DNA of 64,000 nt from Epiperipatus broadwayi. Taxonomy: Eukaryota; Animalia; Onychophora. Made by a program: the position numbers and the translations under genes. The notes beneath the pieces were generated by a model. It was not told where the DNA came from. It was given only the letters and a program-made list of their open reading frames with translations, and ran no database searches. Positions 39,888-52,723 of this stretch are shown piece by piece. The stretch is taken from positions 1,550,001 to 1,614,000 of the forward strand of contig JAQFVV010000006.1 of assembly GCA_028023455.1 (NCBI GenBank). Reading direction: 5' to 3'. The stretch's first letter is position 1; each line of letters opens with the position of its first letter.

Positions 39888-42800
39888 TAACGTTTCTCAA
39901 CTTTTTTGCCGCACAACCGAATAGACTTCATTGAAATAGTTTTGAAACCCAAATGTTTATTACATAAATTATAATATAAAATAAAAGAGATATTACATCA
40001 GCACGGTACTGTATATATGTATATATTCGGATCAATTTGATAAAATTTATAATGAACAAATAATTTAAACAATGAGCATTGCCAATTGCTCAACAAGCTT
40101 TGTGATAAATGCTTAGCCAGAGAAAGCATTTAAAATATCTCTGTCAGGAAGCGCCCCCCCCCCCCAAACCTCTGACCATGGTTTCATGCTTTGGCACTCC
40201 TCAGAGAGGCGCTAGAGTTGCTTCAGACACTAGATCTAAAAATACCAACCCAAAGCCAGCATAATGCTCATTGTATATATCTTACAAGCTTAAGAGAATG
40301 GGATCATATGATCTATGACTATTTTTTATTTAACAAATAATTTGTAAGTTAAAAGTTGAATTAAAGTTAAACTACATATTTTTAATTTAAAAGCTTAACA
40401 CATTTTGTTAATTACCAAGAAAAAGTGTTTTTTTTTTTCAAATAAGGTTTTATTTATATGCGAAATACAAGCAAAAATTACAAAAATAAATTATACAGAA
40501 TTTTATTTAAATTAAGTATGAAAAATTTAAAAAATAGTCTACTTTGACGTATCAGTTCGATTTCAATATTGTTTGAAGTTACTGTAAAAAATTTGTAAAA
40601 CTGCAGCAGTAACTTATTTAAATAAAATTTGCTATTAAAATATTATAAATTAATTTATTTTAATTATATTTATTACAAACATATTTAAATTATGAACATA
40701 CGATGCAAAATAATTATTTAATGGCTTTGTTGTTGTCGCTTCTTTTCAATTAATTCATCAATTCTTGCTCCAATAGAATTAGTTAAAGCTAATCTCATTG
40801 TTGAACTAATATCCAGTCAGTTTCTCAATTTATTTTTCGTAACAATCATTGCTGAAAATCCACTTTCAGCCAAATAAGTTGTAGCAAATCGAAGTAACAT
40901 TTTTATAGCCTTTTCTCTAAGGGGTGGATATTCACCCTGAACTTCTAACCAAAATTTAGGCAAATTCTTCTGGTTTTCTTTAAACTTTAATTCTAACTTT
41001 TATCGCGGCCGCCTGATAATTCTATTAATTTTTCTTCTGATAAATTTAAGTTATGTGAATGGTGTTGTTGGAAAGGATTTAAGATCCACATATTTTTGAA
41101 ACGAATATCTTCTGTAGGTTGGAAGTATTGGAAAAACTTTTCTTTTAATTTTAATAAGTGATTCTGAATGATTTTACTTATACCTGAAATTTCATCACGT
41201 GTTATCATTTTATCCTCAACCATTTATGAAAACAAAGGAAACATGTCAAAACAATTGTTTCTAACTCTGTTAAACCAGAGTTTAATTTTTTTTAATAAAT
41301 GCTTCCATTTTATTGTAACAAATAAAAGGATTTGTGTGGCATCCTTGTTAAATTGTTAATTAATGAAAATATGTCAGCTAAATAGACAACTTTGGAAAGG
41401 CACACATTTCTTTTAAAATACTCACTGAATACTATTGGCTTCTGATCATTAAGAAATATTTCAATTTCCACACACACACACAAAAATCTACCCAGAACTC
41501 TCTTGAAAGCCATCTTATGTGGGAATGTAATAATAAATTTTTATGAGCTGAACCCATTTCATCACACATTAATCGAAATAGACGCGTGTTTAGTGCACTC
41601 TTTCAAATATAGTTCACTGTTTGTGCTCACTGATTTAAAATATGTAAATCTGCACACATATCTTTGGTAGCCAATTGTTCCCAACGAAGAAACAATGGGT
41701 TATTATTAAATCTGGATGAGAAATTTCTTTATGCATGTTACTAACCCCCTATATTTTTCTGTCATTGCCGCAGCCCCGTTGGTACAAATCCCTACGCATC
41801 TTTCCCAAGAAATGTTTTTTGTTTGGAAATACAATTTCATTATCTTTAAAATTTCTTCTGATGTTGTTGAAGATTCTAATTTTAAACTGCATAGGAATTC
41901 TTCCTGAATATCTTTACATGTAAGATCAATACATCTTATATAAACTAATATTATTGCATTGTTAGAAATGTCTGTAGATTTGTCTAATTGAATTGAATAA
42001 TACTTAGATTTTTTTATATTTTCTATTAATTAAGATTCAACATCATCAGCCAAATCAATTACTCACCAACTTATGGTGTCATTTGACAAGGGAATGCTGT
42101 TTATTTTTGATTCAAATTCATTGCCAAATAATTCTTTGCAAATATCTTTCAGGCATGGCTTTAATAACATTTTCCCTATTGTATATGCTTTTTGCATTTA
42201 GCAATGTGATAGGCTGCCAAATACAAACATTTTAAAAGTTTTTTAGAAACAAATTTTGTTAAGTTAGATCTATTTGTTTTAAATTTATCTCGTTTTCTTA
42301 AAAAAAATCAACAGATTTATCTTTATATTGACTATGGTTTGTTTCCAAATGCCTTAATTGTTTGTTACTTTTAAATAAAGAATTGGCCAAAGTAGATCCA
42401 CAGACATCACATTGTGATAGCTCTATTTCATTTTATTTTATAAAAGTGAAACCATAATTAATATATTTTTCTTTATTTTGTTTTTTTCACTACTGGTTCA
42501 CTCGACTAGTAGGCAGTTCTACATTTTCATCATCCGAATTGCGTTCATGAGAAATTTCTTGTTCCTTTCTTCCAAAAAAATTAAATATTTTACTTTGTTT
42601 ACTTATTATTAAACAAGGCTGAAAGAAATACAAAAGAAGGCATAAATTGAAAATATTAAATGCTTTCAGTACAATGTATGTATAAATCACATATAATGAA
42701 ATATAAGTATTATTTGTAAATTACAAATACACTTACCTTTTAACAAAATATAAAATTCAATTATTAACTTAACTCGATGATTTAGAAAAATGGTGTAACT

Positions 42801-43243
42801 GTAATATATACAAATTTATTTTTTTCTGTTTTAACAAAACAACCACACACTAGTTCAAACTATACACTGTGAACTGAGAATATTTCTACTGAATTCCACC
42901 ACTGGTGCTGGTTGATGCTTTAGTTGCATTAATTTTCCACCACTGGCGCTGGTTGACGCTTTAATTTTAGTTGCATTTTTGGTTGCAATTTTTTGAACAA
43001 TTACATTTTGAAAATAATCACGAAATTTAACATTATGATTATACAAGTTCAAATTTACAATTGAATTTGAGAAAACTATACAAAGCATAGATAGTATTAC
43101 TTACTTTTTTTTATTTTTATTAATACTAATATTTTCTTAAAATGTAAAAAGATTTTTGCTATCAGATATTTATATTTTTATTTCTTGGTGCATATTCGTG
43201 ACCCATTACAAATTTAACGTGACCCAAAGGTTGAGAAACGCTG
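39888..43243 (-). mobile_element. Full-length but inactivated Buster-type hAT transposon (ZBED5/SCAND3-like transposase)
   Basis: TIRs TAACGTTTCTCAAC / GTTGAGAAACGCTG; perfect 8-bp TSD TTCTAGAT; minus-strand relic peptides AYTIG, IPLSNDTIS, YSIQLDKSTD, CTNGAAAM, IRWLSR, YLADIF, WILNPF, LLRFATTYLAESGFS; many stops. Confidence 0.93.
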
Positions 43244-43870
43244 TTCTAGATCATCAAAGTTTATTTGAATTAAGATGTAAAGTTTGTGCAAAACAAATAT
43301 TAATGAGTTTTTACCAGCAAGTTAGCATTTCAAACTTCTGTAAGATGTATAAAATCGTAAACAATGGCCGCTTCTTTTCCACTTGTTTTGTTCAAGATTG
43401 TTATAATTATAAATATAGAAAAATTGCCATCTGAAAATACATAATCGTATACTTAATATTAATGCTGATTTTTAAAATATATGGAATTACTATGATATTA
43501 AAATTATGTATATACACACTCACTTTATGGATACTGAATATGGGATAGTTTGAGTTATAAAGTAAACATTATTAATTAGAAATCCCTGGTTGCAGGTTTT
43601 TTTTTTAAATTATGGATTTTTTTTTAGATTTCAAGTATAAACAGTCTCTATTGATAAACACAAATTTTTTTAAAAATGTGAATTTATATTAATTTTACTG
43701 TCTATAGTCTTGTTATATAAAAATATATTCTGCATACTGTATAATTATATTTTTAGATTATATCTATTATTTAGTAATTGTTAAATCTTTTAGAAAAATT
43801 CAAATGTCATTTAAAATTTTCAAATACTTTCCACTGTTATTAATAGCACACAGGTTATTATATATCTAAT

Positions 43871-44447
43871 GGGATAGAAGAATAGATGCATTAATAAAAA
43901 AAAATAGGGAATTGGAGAGATGGAGAACTGATATGGAGAGTAAAAAGTTGAAACATATATAGAAGTAAATAATATTGGGTGCAAGTTAATTTATGATAAT
44001 AGCAAGGAAAGTAGTTTACTATTTAAGGCTCAAACAGGATCATTAACAACAAGGGAATATACACATAAATGGAAAAGTATGGATGATTTAGTTTGCAAGT
44101 TATGAAGGCATAAAAAATGTTAGGCATCTGTTAATTGAATTTAAATGCTTTCAAGCAGAAAGGGTACAAATAATGAAGTTGTGGGAGAATAAATGTAAAC
44201 AAAGTGATTATACAAAAGGTGGGTTCTTGGTTTTATGCTGGATTTGGGAAAAGATAAGGGGGCTTTAGATATAAAGACTATAGCGTTGACAAAGATAGTG
44301 TTGTGGAAATGATATGGAGCAGGATAGAGAAGAATATCGGAAAAAGAGGAGAATGAAAAGGGAAGGTGGCTAACAGGTTTCTCTGGGTATAGTGGCTGAG
44401 AGATTTACGACTTTGAGAAAAGAAAAGTCACAATGCATCACATCACA
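43871..44447 (+). mobile_element. 3' fragment of the LINE family seen at 1400-3610
   Basis: Colinear match to 3030-3610 including FKAQTGSLTTR and the (CATCA)n tail. Confidence 0.9.
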
Positions 44448-45859
44448 ATATTTTGGGTTGCTTTTTTTTTTAATAGTAGTAGCATGGAAGTTGAAACAGA
44501 AATTTTTAAGTACTTGAATACTGAATTTAAGGTGCCAATTTACCCACATCAAAATCCTTTATATACAGGAACTCACACCAGTATTAATTCTTCAGAGCCA
44601 AACTAAATAGTTGGTTTTGAGATAGATCCCTGATCCAAGATCACATATAATAACGTTAAAAGAGAATCTTACAAAATAAAGGTTAATGAGTGGCTTCCAA
44701 ACATTTAGACTTATCACACTAAGTCGACATGAATATTTCTCATTGTCATGTGATCAGCTTTCTAAAAACTTTTCTTTTTACTTTTTTTTCTCTCATGCAA
44801 AGTTTTTTATCTTTTCACATTCAAGCATATAGTCATGGTATATACTTTAAAATTATCAAATTTAATTGTTAAAATTTGTCCATAATGTTATCTTTTATAT
44901 ATAAAATTTAAAATAATCGATCTAGTCGTGAACCGTACTACTCCAAAAATACTTCTTTGCATTCTTTTGTACTTTTAAAAATATAAAAATTATAACTATT
45001 ATTGTATGCAACCTTTTATACATTCATGTGTATAAATTTAGTTTACTATGGTATGTGCATCCGTGACTGTGTGCACACTGTAATGTAGGATGGTCTAGAT
45101 AATCATATTCTGGATGCATTAAATATGGATACTTTGAAGTCAAATGTTGCAATTTTAATGGTTAAAATCACCATGGGGGATGCAAGTTGTGCTGACATGT
45201 GTGCACTATTGGAAGAAAATTTAGAATTACCCAAAAAAATTCATACAACACAAAAATATGATTTCAAGACTTAAAAAGTTATAAAATATAGTCGAATGGA
45301 GAAGACTCTGTTTTTTTTTTCACAAACCCAATCACCATATCCAATGAAATTTCATTCTTATTTCTTTTGTACAAAAATAATTGGTCACCTTATTTATTAG
45401 AATCTTATCAAGATGTTCCTTTTACAAAAACATGTGACCCACTATTCTATAGCAACTCCACCCAATGGACATTATTTACATTACATTACAATAAATATAA
45501 TTAATAAAATATATACATGTATATGCATCACCTGTTATTTTAGATACACTTGTTTTTTCTCTGTATTCATTACTTTGTGCTGTTTTAATTATTTTTGAGT
45601 GGATCAGATATTTTCACAATATATGACGTTCCACATTAACTTAGTATTTTATAGATGCTATTTTGTTTTTCAGCATTTTATGTTTTGGTTTTATAGATGT
45701 TAAGATACTATATATAAGCTATTCTGATGTTATATTTATTGAGGATTTTCTTTAGTTTGTCTGCTATCTTGGTATATATTATTAAACTGCAGTTCTCATA
45801 ATTTTTTCTTTTGGTGTTTCTTTTTTATATGAAATTTAAGATTTTCTTAATGAAATTTG

Positions 45860-46330
45860 ATGGATAACCATTCTTTATGACAGTTGCTTCTATAAAGGTC
45901 TTTTCCACATCACTGCTGTCTGAATAAATTTCCATGCTTTATGTTTCTGTCAATACCGCATGAATGTCCTAAATATTTTCCTGTGTGTATGGTTTCTACA
46001 AACTATTTGTGATTTTTGCATGGGAGAATAGTGTCATAAGAGCATCTGAAAATGCTAATTTTTGTTCTTGTTCTGAATCTCTTGTTAATTTAATTGAACA
46101 CGATATGTTATTCGTATGTGCCCAGAATGTTTATATATTGCTTCACCATGTTGCTCCACAACATGTGTATCTTTGACATGGGGAAGTTTGACTTCAGGAA
46201 GATATGGAATCATGTTTATGGATGTGGTTTCAAGTTTTTCCATGATCTAATAAGAAATGACAGTGATGAATCCATACTCATTATTTGTATTTTGTTGAAA
46301 AAATTTTGTGTTGCAGTGAAGATATGTTGT
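45860..46330 (-). mobile_element. Possible Penelope endonuclease-region relic
   Basis: Fragments AIYKH, YLGHSCGID and KTFIEATVIK resemble PLE GIY-YIG C-terminal motifs; heavily decayed. Confidence 0.35.
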
Positions 46331-46377
46331 TGTTATGAAGAATGTTAAGAATATCAATAGAAAGAATTGATATTAAA

Positions 46378-47372
46378 ACAGTAGGAAAATTCTCGGTACA
46401 ATACTGCCACCTAGTGATAGATGTTAGAAGTTTGTGCATTTTAATCCCTATCCAATGGCTTCTCAACCAATATCCCCAGACTAGTTTAAAGCTTATGGCT
46501 TTTATCAGTGAGTAGCCTTCACTAGGGGAATAGAGCATCTGGATCTTTGGATCAGCACACCTTTAACCTTTTTGGTGTACAGATACTGAAATGGATTCAG
46601 ATCTGTATGACTACATAGATTAGCTTGGATTCATTGTGGGATGATAACTGTATAATTAACCAAAAAGGTAAAATGTGGGTGATGGAAGGGTGTATTAGAT
46701 TCAAAGATCCACGTGCGGTGCTCTCAGATCCAAGGCTCTTCATTGATGAAAACCATAAGCTTCAAACTAATTTGGGGATATTGGATGAGATGGGAATGGA
46801 TAGAATTAAAGTCACAACCTTCTAACATCTGTTGATTTCTACAGCTTGCACTAGATGGCACTGATACATGGAGAATTTTGCTACTGTTGTAATAGTTTGT
46901 GTCAGCATTAGAAAAGGTGGACATGTGATATTTTAATGGTTTAAAAAATAATCTTAGCCGAAGGATAATGGTGACTAAGGCTATTAAAAAAACAAAGACA
47001 CCATAATATATGGATACTTAACTGGATGCAAATTTATATGTCTGTACAGGCTGATTAGCTTGGATTGAAAACATTATTGTGTATTTATTTTGGGCTCATA
47101 GCTTGTCAGTTAGCCAAAAAAAGAGTAAAAGGCAGGGCGCATTAGATTAAAAAAAAATCCACATGCACTGCTTTCAAATCCAATGCTCTTCATTGATGAA
47201 AATCATAAGGGATATTGTTTGAGAAGGCAATGGATAGCGATTGAAATGCCCAACATTTGTCCGTCTATTGATTACTTTATCTTTCACTAGGTGGCACTAT
47301 CAGCAGAAAATTGCTATTGTTTTAACAGTTTGTGTAAGCATAAGCAAAGGTGATTTGGGGGATGTTCAATGG
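46378..47372. mobile_element. Family A: inverted partial monomer plus two tandem plus-strand monomers (~450-bp period), diverged
   Basis: GCTCTTCATTGATGAAA at 46735 and 47185; minus HHR-like motif at ~46460-46515; cores degenerate. Confidence 0.75.
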
Positions 47373-47435
47373 TTTAAGAGTTGAAATTGTTTAAAAGCTA
47401 TTATCCACAATTAATCTCTTTCTTACAATAGACGA

Positions 47436-47650
47436 TTAATCACAGGATACATTTGTGAATAAACTTTTCATGTCAAAGTCTACAATTATTGACTTCCGCT
47501 TTACTATTAAAACTAGGTTATTAAAAGTGAAATTCTGTCTCCAACCATATATATTTTGCCATATTTTGGTCTGTTGAGGTATGTCATTCTGAATTTCCAC
47601 CAATGTTTGCAAGAATAACATTTGAAACATCCAATGCCTATAGACTAAAT
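47436..47650 (-). mobile_element. Penelope-like RT relic
   Basis: SIIVDFDMKSLFTNVS matches the PLE RT motif (VSFDVKSLFTNVP); adjacent fold-back at 47690-47980. Confidence 0.55.
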
Positions 47651-47984
47651 GGATCTGTTCTATTGCTAAACAGAATACTATATATATATTAGAATACCTC
47701 CAGTGCTTAATATATAAATAACATTCAAATTTAAACCCAGAGCACATACAATAAATATTTAAAATACTCTCTATTCAAGCATAAGTCAAAATTTACCAAG
47801 AATGAAGAGACTGTTTATTCTTGTACATATAAATGGATTACAAGCATAAATGATTGCTTTATTCTTAGTAAATATTAATTTATGCTTGGGTAGAAAGTAT
47901 TTTAAATATTTGATATATTATATGGTGCTCTGGGTTTTAATCTCAAACATTATATATAAATATTTACTTTCAGAATATGAAAGA

Positions 47985-48605
47985 AAGATTGATTATGATG
48001 AGTTAGAAGTTAACAGTTACAAATACCTTGGTCAGAATATTAATACAGATGGAAACATAATGGATTAAATTAATCATAGAATTAAACTTGGTCGGAGTGC
48101 TTTTGGTAGAAATAACTTGATACTAAAGGGAAATATGCCTATGTGTTTGAAAAGGAAGGTTTTTTAATAAATGTGTTTTACCATTTCTTACTCGTGGATC
48201 TGAGACTTGGACACTTAATAGAAGAGCAATACAGAGACTTCAGACCACTCAAAGAAGTATGGAGAGATGCATTTTAGGAGTAACAAGAAGAGCTCGAAAA
48301 TGCAATATATGGGTAAGAGAACAAACAGGTGTTACTGACCTCATTGAAAAAATTAAAAGACTGAATTGGAGTTGGGTTAGACATATTGCTAGAAGAGATG
48401 ATAATAGATGGACAATTGAAATCTTAAACTGGATTCCAAGAGATTGTAAAAGATCCAGAGAGAGAACATATCTGAGATGGATGGATGAAATAAGAAAGTG
48501 TACAGGGGTGATCTGGAGAAGAAATGCTAGAGATTGGAGAAGATGGATTGAACTAGGAGAGACCTTCCTGCAGTGGATTGATAATGGTTGTTGATGATGA
48601 TGACT
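47985..48605 (+). mobile_element. RTE-like LINE 3' fragment
   Basis: YKYLGQ...RIKLGRSAFG...TWTLN...MERCILGVTRR...WSWVRHIARRDDNRWT...WIPRDCKRSR; (TGA)n tail. Confidence 0.9.
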
Positions 48606-48814
48606 TTCAAGCACCAAATTTTTGCACTTACACATTTGTCGCTATCTACTGTTGATGAATATGGTAATGATTTTTACAAATCAATTTTTTAGGATGGGTA
48701 TTATAATATTTTTAGTTCATTTAAACATATGAGTGCAATGATATTGACATATATATGTAATGATGTGGTATTGGTAAAAAATGAATGAATTACTTGAAGA
48801 CATTTGAGAAGTTA

Positions 48815-48867
48815 GACCTGGGCTAACTGAAGAGTGCTTGTTCATCCAAAGATATGACTTTGGGATC
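48815..48867 (+). ncRNA. Degenerate family B HHR
   Basis: GACCTGGGCTAA-CTGAAGA-GTGCTTGTTCA...TTGGGATCATTT aligns with 16197-16253; GAAA and the stem II 3' strand are lost. Confidence 0.55.
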
Positions 48868-49235
48868 ATTTTACATTTTTAGATGTCATTATTCATATGT
48901 TTCAAGTAAAAATAACAAGAAAGGATCCAATGATTTTAGGGCTTAAGAATTTATAAGAAGTACCTGAAGGGCCAGAATTGAAATTGATCCAAGGATCTTA
49001 CCTTCTGGAATGTGACATTCTACCAATCAAATTAGACTATGCCAGACAATTTATTTCAAGTAGGTGTAAACGATGGAATGGGGGTTTTGTCTGAATATAT
49101 ACACACAAATCTGGTAGTTTATTAGTGAAATAGATATGTTTTTTCAATTTTGCTTTTAATATTTTTATTGGATATTTATTGAGTGAACTTTATAACTAAA
49201 GAATCAACCGAACTAAAAACATATTTTTGTTACAG

Positions 49236-49325
49236 GTTTTTTAAGGACGTACCTGTTTTGAAATTACATGGCAAAATGAAAAGTAATCGTAATTCAATAT
49301 TTACAAAGTTTCGCCAGTTATCAAG
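49236..49325 (+). CDS. DDX55: Internal exon of ATP-dependent DEAD-box RNA helicase DDX55/SPB4-like gene
   Basis: TTTTTGTTACAG acceptor, AG/GTAAGA donor, 90 bp, phase 2-2; FFKDVPVLKLHGKMKSNRNSIFTKFRQLS(S) matches the DDX55 segment IHGKMKYKRNKIFMEFRKLQS, and HGKMK distinguishes it from DDX10/18/31; from memory, no search run. Confidence 0.75.
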
Positions 49326-49719
49326 GTAAGAAGTAATAAAGTAGTCTTTTTGTATATTAAATATTTGTCATTTGAAGTAGAAATATTTTTGCTAATGGTT
49401 TTAACAGTGTATTTTGTAGAAGACATAAATAATAAAAAATGAAAATAGTATTAGATTTAAATTTAAAGTATTCACGAACAATAAAAAATTGGTTATAAAA
49501 AATAGCATTACTTTTAAAGGCCAGAAACTTAATCAAGATCCAAATAAAAAATGAAAATATATACTTCTACAAAAAAAAAAACCAAAACATTTAATAAATA
49601 ATTGTATTAATATTTATAAAATTTCAATAAATTTAATTAATAACTGGTCAATTAAAAATTAATGGTAAATTATATGTTAGTAAATATTAAGTTGTATACT
49701 TTATATATTGTTTATTCTG

Positions 49720-49935
49720 TTTTATAAAGAGCTTGCAAATAAGCTCTTAACAAGCTTTGCAGAATATCTTCAACCCCAGACCAGTTTCCACTACTGGCTT
49801 CGTCAGTGAGGTGCCAGGATATTCAAGTAGAAACCGCTCTGGGCTTAAGGATATTCTGCAAAGCTTGTTAAGAGCTTATTTGCAAGCTCTTTATAAAACA
49901 TGTGCAATACAAGCTTGTTTAAATTAGTCATGTGA
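49720..49935. mobile_element. Family D fold-back with HHR-like motif on minus (49773-49812)
   Basis: Near-perfect inverted arms TTTTATAAAGAGCTTGCAAATAAGCTCTTAACAAGCTTTGCAGAATATC; core ACCUCA CUGACGA A-GCCA-GUAG-UG GAAAC UG GUC/UGGGGU. Confidence 0.75.
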
Positions 49936-51220
49936 CATCTGATTTGATTTATTTGTAATTTTATTCTGTATATTGTTATGTTATATAGTGAATTTTTTGA
50001 ACTTATGTTGAATCTCTATATTATAATTTTATTCTGCTTTATTGATGTTTTATTCTGTTATTGTCATTATTTTACCTCCATATAGAATTCTAGATGGTTT
50101 TGCTATCTGCAATAATTAGTTAAAGTTAAAATATATGTTTAACATTTGGAAAGGACACTAAACCATGTGACGAAAAAGGCATTTTATGTATAATTATTAT
50201 TAATACATTTATATAGCAGTTGTATGTAGTTTTTTTTTATTATTTATTAAAAACCTTTTATAGAATTTCATTTGCCCTATATTAATAAGGCATAAAATCT
50301 TAACATTTTTTTCACACATCTTTTATAAATTATTTATCAAACTTCTACATTTCGTAACAGAGACTGTTATTTAAAAATGTATATTTAATTAAAGTGAAAA
50401 ACATGTTTTGTAATCTTAATATTCTATGTAAGAATACATTTCATACAACAAGACAACTTTAATTTTACTTTGCAATTGGTATACTAATGAATTTGCAGTA
50501 TAATGTTTTTTTAAAAAAACTTGTATATTACTTTTCAAACATTACCCTTTAAAACCCCCAAAATAATATTTTATGGATTAATGCCATATCATTAATGAAT
50601 ATATGATTTTAGTCATGTTTTTTAATGAGTTCCTAAAAGCGATGAATTAAATACTTAAATAAATTTATTAATTGACAACTTCAAACAAAATTACTTTAAC
50701 TTATTGCTGACTTTTCAATGGACATTTTAGTCAGCTGTCTAAAAATAAAATATTTAATATTACATCTAATACTAACGTGTAGTAAATTGTAAACATTTCG
50801 CAAACATCATTTATTAATATATAGTGAATGGAATTAAAAGTGATTGATTAAGACACTACTCTCTCATTTCTAAATGCTTTAGATAGGTCTATGTATATAA
50901 ATTTAGATAAAAAAAGATAAGGTGGATTCGTTCTTGCGTTTAGGAAATGAGAGTATTACTCAGCTTTATAAATTCATACAGCGCATGTGCCATGTGATTT
51001 CATTATGACTATTACAAATAAAACACTGTGCTAGATAAATAAATAATTAGTTACATATCTAAAATCCCCTTTTTCAAATGGTTGAAAATATGATATAAAA
51101 TTTAAAAATATTAAAAAAAAAAAACTCAATAAGAATACTTGCTAAACAAACGATTATTTTACGTAGGGTGATAAATAATCGTGCTGTATTTTTTTCTATT
51201 TTATATATAGAGAAAAAAAG

Positions 51221-52430
51221 GGTAAAGGTTTACTATAGCGGCCCCAATATGTTGGTCCTCTATTGTTTAAAATTATAACTAAATTGTTTGAAAATCCTAC
51301 GTATATGCTCCTATATTACAATTACATTAAAATTTAATCAATGTAAATCACGTATATACTACTATATTACAATTACATGAAAATTTATTCAAATGTAAAA
51401 AATAATAAATTTTTTTTTACCTTTTTAAGCATAATTATGTCCTATGCATATTAGGAAGTTGGAGAAAAAAGCGGTATTGCTGTGTCTACTCTGGGAGGCA
51501 AATTCATGCAGGTATGATTAAAACAAAGCTCTGCTGGTACCAGATTGGAATTTCAGCTTACTCTTTGCTCTCATCCACATATTTTCAATATTCTGGGTGT
51601 GTATGCCTTGGTCTTCAGGATGCACGAAGTTGTCCTAATGGATGACAACCGAATGCATATACACATCATTGTTGAGGCTGCTGATGTTATTGTACGCAGC
51701 CCAGCCATCTGAAATAATGTGTGCACCTGGTAAAATGTACTGCTGCATCAGGCCCTCCAGTGTATCAGCCGTCCTGTCTGGAACTTCTGCCAATAAGCAC
51801 TTTCTTGATACTCTTTCTATACTACCAAAGACCCAATGACCTCTTCATATAGTCTCCCTGTGGTATTTGTGGTGGAAATTAATATGTTTTGTCCTGACGA
51901 ATACATCACCAGTGAACAACGAACATCGCACTGTTGGCATAAGGCATAGTACTTCAGAAGGAGTCTTCATGCAAGCCATTTGATGGCCAATTCTGGAGTT
52001 TGGATGGCATTCCATAACTGATGCAGATTCCAATCTTCTGCCAGAATAGCAGCAACATTCAAAATTTCATCATCTGGAACTAAACATGTAGCAGCCATTT
52101 TTTCCTAGTATAAAACTGTACACGTGTGCATGTAATTCGAACTGTTGAACACAGAGGGTGTCTTTTTTTTGTAACATGTGCTATAAATGCAGATAGTTTA
52201 AATTCTTAACTCAAATAAATTAAAACTAATTCTTTTAATTAATGTCATGTAATTAATCCAACATTCAAATTCTTTAAAAAGGTAAATGTTTTTTTTTATT
52301 ACCTTTTACATTTGATTAAATTTTAATGGAATTGTAATATAGTAACATATACGTAAGATTTTCAAACAATTTAGTTATAATTTTAAACAATAGAGGGCCA
52401 ACATATTGGGGCACTATGTAAACCTTTACC
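51221..52430 (-). mobile_element. Merlin (IS1595/ISXO2-like) DNA transposon, internally deleted and inactivated
   Basis: ~130-bp TIRs starting GGTAAAGGTTTAC; A-rich TSD AAAAAAG; minus-strand KYHRGRLYE.WVFGSIERVSRKCLLAEVPDRTADTLEGLMQQYILPGAHIISDGWAAY...H*DNFVHPEDQGIHTQNIENMWMRAKSKLK. Confidence 0.9.
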
Positions 52431-52723
52431 AAAAAAGTAATGTAAAATAATCTCATTATTCTTTGCAATTAATAAATATAAAAATTATAGATTTTCAACT
52501 CGATTTCCGTTTCGTAAATAAGTTCAGGTGGGGTTTCATTCATAGTTTTGAAAATTTATGGACGCTGAATATTATTGTTTTAAAACTCCCATTTAAAAAT
52601 TTCTAATATTCAAAAACTTTGAGCTCGGCTATTATGGGATAACAAAAATACATCCAAGAGCTGCAATTTTTAAATGCATTCCTTTATGAAAACAATGAAG
52701 TGTTAAAAGATCAATTCAGTGTA

